Counted from the stretch's first letter, positions 18,620 to 28,500 are shown. The stretch is 64,000 bases of DNA from Sphingomonadaceae bacterium (GCA_050261575.1 JBLNDL010000096.1:1-64000); one strand, 5' to 3'. Notes: a model not told the origin generated them from the letters alone. Program-made: numbers and translations.

Positions 18620-19363
18620 TCAGTACTTGCCGCCGTCGACGAAGATGGTCTGTCCCGCAATGAAGGCAGCGTACTCGGAGGCCAGGAAGGCAGCCAACCC
18701 GGCCACGTCGCTCGGACGGCCGATTCTCCCCACGGGGGCAGGGGCTCGGAGTCTGGCCTGGACCTCCTGCGGCAATCCGGCGATCATTTCGGTTTCGGTC
18801 ACCCCAGGGGCGATGGCGTTGACCCTGATCCCGTAGGGGGCGAGATCCTTGCCCAGGGACCGAGTGAAACCCTGGACGCCCGCCTTGCTGGCGGCGTAGG
18901 CGGGACCGGAGCCACCCCCGGTGGAGATGACGTTGGAGGCGACGTTGATTATGGCGCCGCCCCCGTGCTCCTTCATGAACCTTGCCGCCGGACGGGTGAC
19001 GTTGTACATGGATGTCAGGTTGGTTGCGATGATACGATGCCACACCTCGGGCGACATGTCGAGTATGTTGTGCGGCGGGATGTTTATCCCGGCGTTGTTG
19101 ACCAGCACATCCAGCGCTCCGAAGTGTGCTGTCACCCTCTCGACCGTCCCCTCCGCAGCCTCGTAGTCGGACACGTCGGCTTTGAAGAGGGCGACCTCGG
19201 CTCCCACGTCCCGCATCTCCTTCGCCAGTGCTTCCGCAGCCTGGTCGTTGCGCGCGTAGTTTACCGCCACTCGGGCGCCCAACTGGCCAAACAGCAGTGA
19301 GATGCCCTTCCCGATCCCCCTGGCACCGCCGGTGACCAACACCACTTTGCCGTCGAAACGCAT
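18620..19363 (-). CDS. SDR family oxidoreductase (FabG-like)
   Basis: TGGARGIG, NNAG, YAASK and VNAIAPG; AAGGGAG RBS before ATG 19363. Confidence 0.9.
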   Translation of the reverse strand: MRFDGKVVLVTGGARGIGKGISLLFGQLGARVAVNYARNDQAAEALAKEMRDVGAEVALFKADVSDYEAAEGTVERVTAHFGALDVLVNNAGINIPPHNILDMSPEVWHRIIATNLTSMYNVTRPAARFMKEHGGGAIINVASNVISTGGGSGPAYAASKAGVQGFTRSLGKDLAPYGIRVNAIAPGVTETEMIAGLPQEVQARLRAPAPVGRIGRPSDVAGLAAFLASEYAAFIAGQTIFVDGGKY

Positions 19364-19397
19364 TGCTCGACTCCCTTCTCTGAGCGCCTGGTGTGTC

Positions 19398-20681
19398 TTA
19401 TCCCTCGTAGCCGAACATCCTCGGGATGAACAGAGTGACATCCGGCAGGTAGGTGATGACCAACAGCGTCAGGATCAGCGCGGCGAAGAAGGGTAGCAGA
19501 TACTTGAAGACCTCTTCTATGGTGGTCTTCCCGATACTCGCCGCGACGTACAGGACGACGCCCACCGGTGGCGTGACCAGACCGATGCCCAGGTTTGCCA
19601 CCAGGACCGTACCGAAGTGGATCTCGTCGATGCCCAACTGCTTGGCCACCGGAAGGAGGATCGGCACCAGGATGATGACGGCGGGGGTCGGGTCCATGAT
19701 GCAGCCAACAAACAGGAACAGGATGTTCACGAGGAACAGGAACACTATTGGGCTCGAAGAGATCGACAGCATCCCCTCGGTCACCATTTGGGGTATCCTC
19801 TGCGAGGCCACCACCCAGGCGAAGGTGGAAGACATGCCCACCAGCAGCATGACGATCCCCGTGAGCTTGGCCGAGGTGACCAGTATGCCGGGAAGATCTC
19901 GGAGGTGCAGTTCGCGATAGATCAGCAGAGAGAGGACCGCGCTGTAGGCCACGGCGACGATAGCCCCTTCGGTAGGGGTGAAGGCGCCGGCCCTGATGCC
20001 GCCCAGGACCATCACCGGCATCAGGAGGGGGGGTATGGCGGAGATGGCGGCGCTGGCTATCTGCCCGCACGAAGCTTTCGGCTCCATAGGAAGATCGTAG
20101 TGGCGGGCCATAAAGTACATCACCACCATCATCGCTACGCCCATCATCCCCGCCGGCAGGAAACCGGCGAAGAAGAGGTGACCGATGGACACGTTGGCCA
20201 CCACGCCGAAGATGATCATGGTGATGGCGGGTGGGATCAGGATCGCGAAGCCACCGGAGGCAGCTACCACCGCGGTCGCCAGGCCTCTAGCGTAGCCCTT
20301 CTTGGTCATCTCGGGGATCATGATGGAGCCGATGGCGGCGGTGTCTGCGGCGGACGAGCCCGACAGTCCCGAGAACAGCATGGTGGAGAGCACGACCACC
20401 ATGCCGAGGCCGCCTCGGATGTGGCCGACCAGCACGCTGGCTAGCCGGATGAGGCGGGCGGAGATCCCTCCCGTCTCCATGAGGCCGCCCGCCAGGATGA
20501 AGAAGGGCACGGCCAGCAGCGGAAAGGAGTCCAGTCCGGTGAACATCCTCTGCGCGAGGATCGTGACGGGGATCCCGCCCTTGTAGACCAGGGCCGCCAG
20601 GGAGGAGAGCCCTAGTGCATAAGAGACGGGCACAGCGAACAACAGTAGAAGAACGAAGGTCGCGAAAAGCACAGTAGCCAT
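19398..20681 (-). CDS. dctM: TRAP transporter large permease
   Basis: DSFPLLAVPFFILAG, SGSSAADTAA and IGLVTPPVG. Confidence 0.95.
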   Translation of the reverse strand: MATVLFATFVLLLLFAVPVSYALGLSSLAALVYKGGIPVTILAQRMFTGLDSFPLLAVPFFILAGGLMETGGISARLIRLASVLVGHIRGGLGMVVVLSTMLFSGLSGSSAADTAAIGSIMIPEMTKKGYARGLATAVVAASGGFAILIPPAITMIIFGVVANVSIGHLFFAGFLPAGMMGVAMMVVMYFMARHYDLPMEPKASCGQIASAAISAIPPLLMPVMVLGGIRAGAFTPTEGAIVAVAYSAVLSLLIYRELHLRDLPGILVTSAKLTGIVMLLVGMSSTFAWVVASQRIPQMVTEGMLSISSSPIVFLFLVNILFLFVGCIMDPTPAVIILVPILLPVAKQLGIDEIHFGTVLVANLGIGLVTPPVGVVLYVAASIGKTTIEEVFKYLLPFFAALILTLLVITYLPDVTLFIPRMFGYEG

Positions 20682-20692
20682 ATCGGCACCCC

Positions 20693-21208
20693 CTAATCCG
20701 CCACCATGGGCCCCGAAGGCTCACCGGCGGAGGCTCCTTGACCGCTCTTTCCCGTCCAGTGCAATACCAAGTCGGCCCAGGTGAAGTAGAGCATCAGGAG
20801 CCCACTGATCGGGATGACCAGGTAGGGGATGCTCATAACGAGTCCGAGGGCTGGCGATTCCTGGTTTCGGTTGAGGAGGACCAGCATCCACCCCTCGGTG
20901 ATCATGATGTAGAAAATGTAGCTGCCGCCCAGGGCGATCAGGACCCGCACCACCTCGCGGACTTTCCGCGGGAACCGATCCACCGCCATAGTGATGGCGA
21001 AATGCGCCCTGTCTTTCACACCAAGTGCTGCTCCCAGCAGCGCCACCCAAATGAACAGAAAACGAGCGCCCTCCTCCGCCCAGGCCAGCGGCATGTACAA
21101 GAAGTAGCGGAAGACAACCTGCAAGAAGACCACGACGGAAGCTATCACCAGCAGAGTCCCAGCGGTGAATGCGGTAATGAAGGCCAGGAAATCGGTTAAC
21201 CTTCTGAT
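20693..21208 (-). CDS. dctQ: TRAP transporter small permease (start uncertain; best RBS precedes an ATC codon)
   Basis: QVVFRY, WAEEGARFLFIW, HFAI and SPALG motifs with 4 TM helices; AAGGAGG lies 6 nt before ATC 21208. Confidence 0.85.
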   Translation of the reverse strand: MRRLTDFLAFITAFTAGTLLVIASVVVFLQVVFRYFLYMPLAWAEEGARFLFIWVALLGAALGVKDRAHFAITMAVDRFPRKVREVVRVLIALGGSYIFYIMITEGWMLVLLNRNQESPALGLVMSIPYLVIPISGLLMLYFTWADLVLHWTGKSGQGASAGEPSGPMVAD

Positions 21209-21247
21209 GGTACACCTCCTTGGTACGGACGGGTCGCGGTAGACATA

Positions 21248-21287
21248 TCGTCTTCCTGGAGGCGAGCGCTCGCCCCCAGGAAGACGA
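21248..21287. other. Intercistronic stem-loop after dctP1
   Basis: TCGTCTTCCTGGAGGCGAGC|GCTCGCCCCCAGGAAGACGA, near-perfect inverted repeat. Confidence 0.7.
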
Positions 21288-21298
21288 CCTGCCGTCAA

Positions 21299-22378
21299 CT
21301 ACTGGGAGTTGCGGGCCTTGTCCATCAACTCCTTGCCGATCTTTCCCTCGAACTCCTTGTAGATGGGCTCCACCATCTTGGCGAACGCATCCTTGTCAGC
21401 CTCGTTGAACTGCACGCCCTTGGATTTCAGGTCGTCACCGACGACCTTCTCGTATTCCAGCCAGTACTGCCGCTCTTTCTGGATCAACTCCTTGCCGGCC
21501 TGATCGATGGCCTGCTGGATCTCCTTGGGCTGGGCGTTGTACCACTTGAGGCTGACGGTGGCGATGTCCGGCGTCATGAAGTGCTCGGTGAGAGAGAAGT
21601 ACTTGGCGACCTCGTAGAACTTCTGGGATCGGTAGAACACCGTGGAGTTCTCGGCACCGTCGATGACGCCCTGCTGCAGGGCGGAGTACAGTTCGCCTGC
21701 TGCCATTGGGGTCGCTTGGGCACCCATGGAGTTGAAGGTCTGGATCATGAGAGGGCTCTCCATGACCCGGATCTTCATGCCCTTCAGGTCGGCGGGGGTC
21801 TTGATGGGCTTCTTGGAGTTGAAGATGCTGCGGGATCCCGCATCGAAGAAGCCGATGATCTTGATGCCCAGCTTATCGGCCAGCAGCTTGCTCAACTCCT
21901 GCCCGGCCTCGCCATCGACCGTCTTGAGCAGGTGTTCTCGGCTCTTGAACACGTAGGGCAGGTCGAAGACCTGGAACTGGGGAACGAAGCCGCCCAGGGC
22001 GGCGGTGGACATCTTCATGAACTCGAGCTGCCCGATCTGCATCTGCTCGATGTTCTCGCGGGGGCTGCCGAGTACCGAGTTGGGGAACAGGTCGATGATG
22101 ACCGCCCCCTTCGTTAGTTCCTGGACCCTGGCGGCGAAGTCTCGGAATGCCTTCTGCTGCGGATGATCCTCGGCCGCCTGGTCACTCAGCTTCACCCGCT
22201 GGACATTTGTCGGCGGTACGGCCTTGCCCGACGAGTCGGCGCTTGCGCTGGAAGCCGCTGTCGGCTGTGCCGTAGGGGCGGAGCCGCTGCAGGCGGCAGC
22301 GAGGATCAACAGCCCTGCCATCGCCACCGATAGCGCCATCAGCATCGTGAATCTCTGCCAGTGTCTACGCTTGGACAT
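21299..22378 (-). CDS. dctP: TRAP substrate-binding lipoprotein (copy 1)
   Basis: Lipobox-like LAAAC, FDLPYVF, DLKGMKIRV and LYSALQQGVIDGAEN. Confidence 0.95.
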   Translation of the reverse strand: MSKRRHWQRFTMLMALSVAMAGLLILAAACSGSAPTAQPTAASSASADSSGKAVPPTNVQRVKLSDQAAEDHPQQKAFRDFAARVQELTKGAVIIDLFPNSVLGSPRENIEQMQIGQLEFMKMSTAALGGFVPQFQVFDLPYVFKSREHLLKTVDGEAGQELSKLLADKLGIKIIGFFDAGSRSIFNSKKPIKTPADLKGMKIRVMESPLMIQTFNSMGAQATPMAAGELYSALQQGVIDGAENSTVFYRSQKFYEVAKYFSLTEHFMTPDIATVSLKWYNAQPKEIQQAIDQAGKELIQKERQYWLEYEKVVGDDLKSKGVQFNEADKDAFAKMVEPIYKEFEGKIGKELMDKARNSQ

Positions 22379-22446
22379 CCCTGATTACTCCTTAATGGCG
22401 GCTTCGTGCTATGAGCCGTAACCTGAAAGTGGTGGCCTATTACCGA

Positions 22447-22479
22447 CTCGCGAGGGGTGGCCCGGCCACCCCTCGCGAG
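22447..22479. other. Intercistronic stem-loop after dctP2
   Basis: CTCGCGAGGGGTGGCC-C-GGCCACCCCTCGCGAG. Confidence 0.7.
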
Positions 22480-22495
22480 CATGCGTGACTCGTCT

Positions 22496-23587
22496 CTACT
22501 GAGCCGTGGCCTTCTGGATCAGATCCTTGCCGATCTTGCCCTCGAACTGACCGTAGATCCCCTCCACCAGCTTGGCAAAGGCGGCCTTGTCCTCGACCTC
22601 GTTGAACAGTATTCCCTTGGACTTGAGGTCGTCAACCACGAACTTCTCGTACTCCAGCCAGAGCTCCCGCTCCTTCTTGATCATCTCCTTGCCGGCCTGA
22701 TCGATAGCCTGCTGGATCTCCTTGGGCTGGGCGTTGTACCACTTCAGGCTGACCATCGGGGTATCTGGAGTCATGAAGTGCTCGGTGTACGAGTAGTACT
22801 TGGCGACCTCGTAGAACTTCTGCGATCGGTAGAACACGGGGGAGTTTTCGGCCCCATCCAGCACGCCCTGCTGGATGGCAGAGTACTGCTCGCCCACCGC
22901 CAGGGGGGTTGCCTGGGCGCCCATGGCGTTGAGGGTCTGGATCATGAGCGGGTTCTCCATAACCCGGATCTTCATCCCCTTCAGGTCGGCGGGGGTCTTC
23001 ACGGGCTTCTTGGAGTTGAAGATGCTGCGGGTGCCGGCATCGAAGAAGCCGAACACGCGGATGCCGAGCTTGTCCTCTGCCAGCTTGATCAGTGTCTGGC
23101 CGACCTCACCGTCGGTGTGCTTGAACAGTTGATCTTTGCTCTTGAACACGTAGGGCAGGTCGAAGACCTGGAACTGAGGAACGAAGGGGCCTAGCACGGC
23201 GGCAGAGCTCTTGGCGAACTCGATCTGGCCGATCTGAAGCTGCTCGATGTACTCCCTCTCGTTTCCAAGCTGCGAGTTGGGGAAGACCTGGACGACGAGT
23301 TTCCCGTTCGTCAGCTCCTTCACGCGATCGGCGAAGAAGACGAACGACTTGTGGTGCGGATGGTCCTCGGCTGCCACGGATGCGAACTTGGCCGTTATGG
23401 TGCCCGCGGGAGCTGCCGCCTCTTTCTGAGCCGGAGCGGACGTCGCGGCCGGGGCCGCCCCGCCAGAGGCAGGGGCTGGCTGTGCGGGAGCGGAGCTTGA
23501 ACAGGCGGCGGCAAAGACCAGGATGCCTGCTGCCGCCATCGACACTGGGATCATCGCGATGGAACGTCGCGAAAAGAAGCCCATCAT
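22496..23587 (-). CDS. dctP: TRAP substrate-binding lipoprotein (copy 2)
   Basis: FAAAC lipobox, Ala/Pro linker and the same DctP motifs; close paralog of copy 1. Confidence 0.95.
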   Translation of the reverse strand: MMGFFSRRSIAMIPVSMAAAGILVFAAACSSSAPAQPAPASGGAAPAATSAPAQKEAAAPAGTITAKFASVAAEDHPHHKSFVFFADRVKELTNGKLVVQVFPNSQLGNEREYIEQLQIGQIEFAKSSAAVLGPFVPQFQVFDLPYVFKSKDQLFKHTDGEVGQTLIKLAEDKLGIRVFGFFDAGTRSIFNSKKPVKTPADLKGMKIRVMENPLMIQTLNAMGAQATPLAVGEQYSAIQQGVLDGAENSPVFYRSQKFYEVAKYYSYTEHFMTPDTPMVSLKWYNAQPKEIQQAIDQAGKEMIKKERELWLEYEKFVVDDLKSKGILFNEVEDKAAFAKLVEGIYGQFEGKIGKDLIQKATAQ

Positions 23588-23684
23588 TCTAGACCTCCGT
23601 TTCTTGAGTGCGCTGGGAGTATCTCGACACGACGAGAAGGACTGTTTCTTTGGGATCGCACCTCCTTCGATCTAGGTATCCGCT

Positions 23685-25076
23685 CTACCTATGCGAATCG
23701 GAGCCGAAGAACGTGAGGTAGGGGTCTCCTGTCGCTTCCCGCAACAGCATCAGTGCCAGCTCCCGCAGATGGTAGTCGCCCCACATGCAAGACTCGCCTC
23801 GCGGGATCTTGGAGCCGGCAGGCACGTGGTCCCAACCGTTGGGCCGGTGGTAGATGGAGTGCAGCAGCAGACCCTGGTGATCCTCCCGCTCCGAGAGATA
23901 TGGAGCCTGCAGCAGGGTGTTGGCGGTGGTCAGTCCGGCTGAGCGGTACCTGGCGGCCGACTCCGTTTCACCCCTGCGCTCGAGGTAGTGCCCGAGGCGG
24001 AGCAACCCCTGCGCGGTGATGGCTGCTGCGGAGCTGTCCACGGGCTCGTATTCGTTGAAGGGATCAGCCGGTTGGTTGAGGTAGTCGCCGAGCTTGTGCA
24101 GGTTTGGCGCGCCCGTGTCCCAGTACGGCACCCCGTCAGTGGGCGTGTACTCCAGGTAGAAGTCGGCGGTCGCGCGCGCGGCACGGAGCATGAACGCCTC
24201 GACCGATGCCCGTCCGCCTACTGTGGCCAGATCCTGGTCGGGGACGGTGTCCAGATACTCCAACTGCTCGGCGTAGCCCAGGATCGCCCAGGCCAGCCCC
24301 CGGGTCCAGGTGCTGAAGGGAGCGTAGCCTTGCTGGGTCGCGGGGCAACGGAAGCTGCCGTCGTTCAGGTTGAAGATCGCCTCGTGGGCAGTTCGGCCGC
24401 GCACGTCGTAGGCGTCCCGACCCTCGCCGTAGTAGACGATGAAGCGTGCGTTGGCGTCGGCGTGCTTGACCAGCCGATCCAGCAGCGAGATCTTGCGATC
24501 CCGCTCCCCCATGAGTACGTGCCCCAGCTTGTTCGCCAGCGCCAGGGAACGCAGGGAGCGCATGGTGTCGACGAAGAGGGAGTGGGGGCCGTTGAAGGAG
24601 TAGATGAAGCCCCCGCCGTCGGCGATGTTGGTCCAGCGGGCGGCCTGGACCGCTCCGGAGACCTTGAGAGCGAGGACGTAGAATTCCCTCTCCCAGCCGT
24701 TCTCCTCGATCTTGCCCTCGTTCATCAGCCGGAGCAGGTTTCCGTAGGTGGAGACGTTGTTGAAGCCGTGGTCGTGGACTCCGACGTGGCTGACGTGGGG
24801 GGCCATCAGTTCGATGGTCTGGCGGCGGCCAAGATCGAGCATCTCTCGATCGCCGGTGGCATCGAACTGCAGTATTGCCGCACCGACCTGGAACCCCTGC
24901 GTCCATTCGGTCCAGCCGCGGGTGGTGTACCGGCCCTGCACCGTATAGACAGGAGTCCCCTGGGAGGGATCCCAGGACTTCTGGAGCAGGTGGATCTTCC
25001 GAGCGGAGAGCTCGAAGAGCCGCTCCAGTTTGGGGCGAAGCGCCGCCGGGGTGATGGTGCTATCACTCTTGATCAA
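23685..25076 (-). CDS. Glycoside hydrolase family 88-like (unsaturated glucuronyl hydrolase-like) protein, no signal peptide
   Basis: EWTQGF, HDHGF, DTM, WTRGLAWAILG, VPYWD, DSSAAAI and WGDY motifs; GGAGGT RBS before TTG 25076. Confidence 0.8.
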   Translation of the reverse strand: MIKSDSTITPAALRPKLERLFELSARKIHLLQKSWDPSQGTPVYTVQGRYTTRGWTEWTQGFQVGAAILQFDATGDREMLDLGRRQTIELMAPHVSHVGVHDHGFNNVSTYGNLLRLMNEGKIEENGWEREFYVLALKVSGAVQAARWTNIADGGGFIYSFNGPHSLFVDTMRSLRSLALANKLGHVLMGERDRKISLLDRLVKHADANARFIVYYGEGRDAYDVRGRTAHEAIFNLNDGSFRCPATQQGYAPFSTWTRGLAWAILGYAEQLEYLDTVPDQDLATVGGRASVEAFMLRAARATADFYLEYTPTDGVPYWDTGAPNLHKLGDYLNQPADPFNEYEPVDSSAAAITAQGLLRLGHYLERRGETESAARYRSAGLTTANTLLQAPYLSEREDHQGLLLHSIYHRPNGWDHVPAGSKIPRGESCMWGDYHLRELALMLLREATGDPYLTFFGSDSHR

Positions 25077-25183
25077 ATGGCTACCTCCAGCAAAGACCGT
25101 ACTTGGGGCTGCCCGGAGGAGGTGTGCACCTCCTCCGGAAAACTCTGCGGTGTCGTCATCCAAGTCTAGGTGCTATCCGCCAC

Positions 25184-26461
25184 CTAGAAGCCCATCAGTC
25201 GGGGCAGGAACAGGGTAACCTCGGGCAGGTATGTAATGACCAGCAAGGTGGCGAACAGGGCAAGAACGTACGGGAGGACCGGTCGTACCACCTCCTCCAG
25301 TTTCACACGCGCGATACCCGAGGCGATGTAGAGGGTGAGACCCACAGGTGGGGTGATCAGGCCTATGCCCAGGTTCGCCACCACCACGATCCCATAGTGC
25401 ACGGGGTCGATGCCTAGTTTGGTCGCGATAGGTGCCAGGATGGGTACCAAGATGATCAACGCCGCGGCGCCATCCAGGAAGCATCCCGCGACAAACAGGA
25501 CGATGTTGGTCAGGAGCAGGAAGACCCACGGGGCACTCGATACCTGGAGCATGAAGCCCGCCAGCTTCTGGGGGATCTGATCGGCGGCCAACAGCCAGGC
25601 GAAGATGCTGGACATCGAGAGCAGGAGCATGACGATGCCCACGGTCTTGCAGCTCATCAGCAGGATGCGAGGGATGTCCTGTAGCTTGATCTCCCGATAT
25701 ATCAGTACCGAGAGCACGAACGCGTACAGCACCGCCACCCCTGCTGCCTCGGTAGCCGTGAAGACACCGCCGAGGATGCCACCCAGGATGATCAGGGGCA
25801 TCATCATGGGCAGGATGGAGCGGAGGACGACGCGCCCTGCCTCGCCGCAGGCTACCGGAGGTTCGGTAGGCAGCCCCATTTGCCTGGCTTTCACGTAGGT
25901 GAGGACCAGAATCGACGCCCCCATGATGAACCCGGGGATGAACCCGGCTGCGAAGAGGGCGCCTATGGACGTGTTGGCGATGACGCCGTACAGGATCATG
26001 TTGATGCAGGGAGGGATCAGTATTCCCGTTCCCCCCGCGGCAGCCACTATGGCGGCTGCCAGGGATGGGGGATAGCCCTTCTTCAGCATCGCCGGTATGG
26101 TCACGGAGCCGATCGCCGCAGTGTCGGCGTTGGAGGAGCCCGAGAGACCGGAGAACAAGATGGTGGAGACGATAACGGTGAGCCCCAGCCCGCCCCTGAT
26201 GCGCCCCACCAACACGTTGGCGAGGGCAACTAGTCGCTGGGATATGCCACCGGTCTCCATCAGGTTGCCCGCCAGGATGAACAGCGGGACAGCCAGGAGG
26301 GGGAAGGAGTCCAGGCTGGCGTACATCCGCTGCGGTATCACGAGGTAGGGGATAGAAGAGAAGAAGGGCAGCGTGGCAACGGATGCCACCCCGATGGCGA
26401 AGGCGATCGGTATTCCGAGCAGCATGCTCAGGATGAAGACCGCAAACAGAACAGGGCCCAT
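25184..26461 (-). CDS. dctM: TRAP transporter large permease (second system)
   Basis: DSFPLLAVPLFILAG, SGSSNADTAA and IGLITPPVG. Confidence 0.95.
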   Translation of the reverse strand: MGPVLFAVFILSMLLGIPIAFAIGVASVATLPFFSSIPYLVIPQRMYASLDSFPLLAVPLFILAGNLMETGGISQRLVALANVLVGRIRGGLGLTVIVSTILFSGLSGSSNADTAAIGSVTIPAMLKKGYPPSLAAAIVAAAGGTGILIPPCINMILYGVIANTSIGALFAAGFIPGFIMGASILVLTYVKARQMGLPTEPPVACGEAGRVVLRSILPMMMPLIILGGILGGVFTATEAAGVAVLYAFVLSVLIYREIKLQDIPRILLMSCKTVGIVMLLLSMSSIFAWLLAADQIPQKLAGFMLQVSSAPWVFLLLTNIVLFVAGCFLDGAAALIILVPILAPIATKLGIDPVHYGIVVVANLGIGLITPPVGLTLYIASGIARVKLEEVVRPVLPYVLALFATLLVITYLPEVTLFLPRLMGF

Positions 26462-26635
26462 TCTTGGTTCCTTGCTAAGAGGTTGGGATCAACAGGATCC
26501 TCGATCTCCTGGGGCGGCGAGTAGGACTATTCCATTGTGGCCTAGGCAGGTATCTCTAGGTAGAGCGCATGCTTCCCACCAGAGAAGTCGACATGAACCA
26601 GAGATACCTGCTTAGGCCTCCTCGCCGCCAGCCGA

Positions 26636-27154
26636 TTAGTCAGGCATAAACTCCGGGCGCTCCACCTGCTGCGTGTTTCGGAGGATTCCAGTCCACAGGT
26701 AGATCAGCATCAACGCACACGACACCGGAACCGACAAGTAGGGGATGCTCATGGGTATGCCGAGAACCGACGAGATCTGCGAGGTGTTCGCAAGGACGAG
26801 TTGTATCCCGTACCAGATCAAGACGAGCAGTAACCAGGTGATGGCCAGGCTTGTAACCAGGTTGACGATTCGGCGAAGCCCGCCCGGCAGGCGGTTTACT
26901 CCCGCTTCGATGGCGAAGTGCAGCCCGTACTTGACTCCGAGGGCGGCGCTCAGTGTGGAGAGCCAGACGAAGGTGTAGTTGGCAACCTCCTCCGACCACG
27001 AGATGGGCGCCTTCATGATATAGCGGAAGAACACCTGAAGTACCACGACGCTTGCCATCACCACCAGCAAGCCGCCCGCGGCGATCTCCGGCAGGTTGGC
27101 AAGGACGAACAGCACCCTGCTTCTCCGCTTTGCCGTGACCCCGTTGGTGGCCAT
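26636..27154 (-). CDS. dctQ: TRAP transporter small permease (second system)
   Basis: QVFFRY, WSEEVANYTFVW and HFAI; 172 aa. Confidence 0.92.
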   Translation of the reverse strand: MATNGVTAKRRSRVLFVLANLPEIAAGGLLVVMASVVVLQVFFRYIMKAPISWSEEVANYTFVWLSTLSAALGVKYGLHFAIEAGVNRLPGGLRRIVNLVTSLAITWLLLVLIWYGIQLVLANTSQISSVLGIPMSIPYLSVPVSCALMLIYLWTGILRNTQQVERPEFMPD

Positions 27155-27158
27155 CGGG

Positions 27159-28268
27159 CTATGCCTTCGTCGCCAGGATCTTGGCGATCAGATCCTGCTT
27201 GTCTTTGCCCTCGATGGTCGGGAAGACCTGCTCGCGAACCACCTTCGCCAGGGGAGCGGTATCTATCTCGATGATCTCCATGCCCTTGGACTTCAGATCC
27301 GCCAGCGCTTTGCCCTCCACCTCCTCGAAGTACTTGCGCTCGAGGTCGGTGGCCTCCTTGCCGAACTGGAGGACCAGCTTCTGGATGTCGGCCGGAAGGC
27401 TCTCGAAGAACGACTTGTTCATGACGAAGGGGCGACCCATGCCCTCAATGAAGTGCTTGGTCAAGGTGTAGTACTTGCACACCTCGTTGAACTTCATGTC
27501 CAGGATGGCGGTGGGGTCGTTCTCGGCTCCGTCCACCACACCCTGCTGGAGTGCTGAATAAAGCTCGTTGTAGGCCAACGGGGTGGAGATGGCGCCGAGT
27601 GCGTTGAAGGCGGCAATGTGCACCTTGTTCTGCTGGACGCGGATCTTCAGACCCTTCAAGTCGTCCAGGGATCGCACCGGCTTCTTGGCCGTGAAGACGC
27701 TACGGGTTCCACCGCTGAAGAAGCCGATCAGCTTGAAGCCTGCAGCGTCGAGCTTCTGCTCGTAGAACTTGCCGACCTCGCCGTCGCCCACCTTGTAGCA
27801 CTGGGCGTAGCTGTCGTACAGGTAGGGAAGGGAAATGACGTCCCATTCGGGCACGAACTGAGTGAGCTCGCTGGAGGCGACTGTCATCTGAATGGTGCCG
27901 AGCTTAACACCCTCGGTGAGGTCGCGATTGCTGCCGAGCTGGCCGTTGGGGAAGCTCTGCCACTCCACGGCCCCGTTGGTGGCCTCCACGAGCTTCTTTC
28001 CGAAGTACTCGTAGCCCTGGTGGAAGGGGTAGTCCACGTTGGTGGGGACACCGCACTTGATGAGGAACTTCTTTCCCGAGGCGACGGCCGGGGCCGCGGC
28101 TTTGGTGGGCTCGGCGGCGGACTTGGCACCCTCGGGGGCCTTGGTTGGGGCGGCGGAAGGTGCGGAAGGCGAGCTGCAGGCAGTGAGCGCGGCTCCGGCC
28201 ACCACGCCTCCAGCCAGCTTGAGGAACGAGCGCCTGTCGAGACTCCTCTTGGTTAGTTTTTCGTCCAT
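27159..28268 (-). CDS. dctP: TRAP substrate-binding protein with Tat-lipoprotein signal (copy 3)
   Basis: DRRSFLK twin-arginine motif, ALTAC lipobox, DLKGLKIRV and LYSALQQGVVDGAEN. Confidence 0.93.
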   Translation of the reverse strand: MDEKLTKRSLDRRSFLKLAGGVVAGAALTACSSPSAPSAAPTKAPEGAKSAAEPTKAAAPAVASGKKFLIKCGVPTNVDYPFHQGYEYFGKKLVEATNGAVEWQSFPNGQLGSNRDLTEGVKLGTIQMTVASSELTQFVPEWDVISLPYLYDSYAQCYKVGDGEVGKFYEQKLDAAGFKLIGFFSGGTRSVFTAKKPVRSLDDLKGLKIRVQQNKVHIAAFNALGAISTPLAYNELYSALQQGVVDGAENDPTAILDMKFNEVCKYYTLTKHFIEGMGRPFVMNKSFFESLPADIQKLVLQFGKEATDLERKYFEEVEGKALADLKSKGMEIIEIDTAPLAKVVREQVFPTIEGKDKQDLIAKILATKA

Positions 28269-28442
28269 CACCCTGAACAATCCCTTTCCATCTTTGGATT
28301 GAGGTTCTGCTCTGGTACCAAGACTATTCCAGGGAACGCTGCTAACCGTGCGAGTGATTGGTCTGGCTGGGCTCCCGCCCGCAGAGGGTGTCTGGGTCGG
28401 AGCCGCATCGCGAAAACCGACCGCTGTACTTGCCACCGCGCA

Positions 28443-28500
28443 GGAAACCGGTTTCCGTTTCTGGCGGCGCAATAATAAGGTGGGCGGGCGGCCTTGTCAA
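28443..28500 (-). promoter_or_regulatory. sigma70 promoter of the TRAP/GH88/SDR/aroE operon with LacI-type operator 2
   Basis: TTGACA (28500-28495)-17 nt-TATTAT (28477-28472); perfect palindrome GGAAACCGGTTTCC at 28443-28456 just downstream. Confidence 0.85.
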
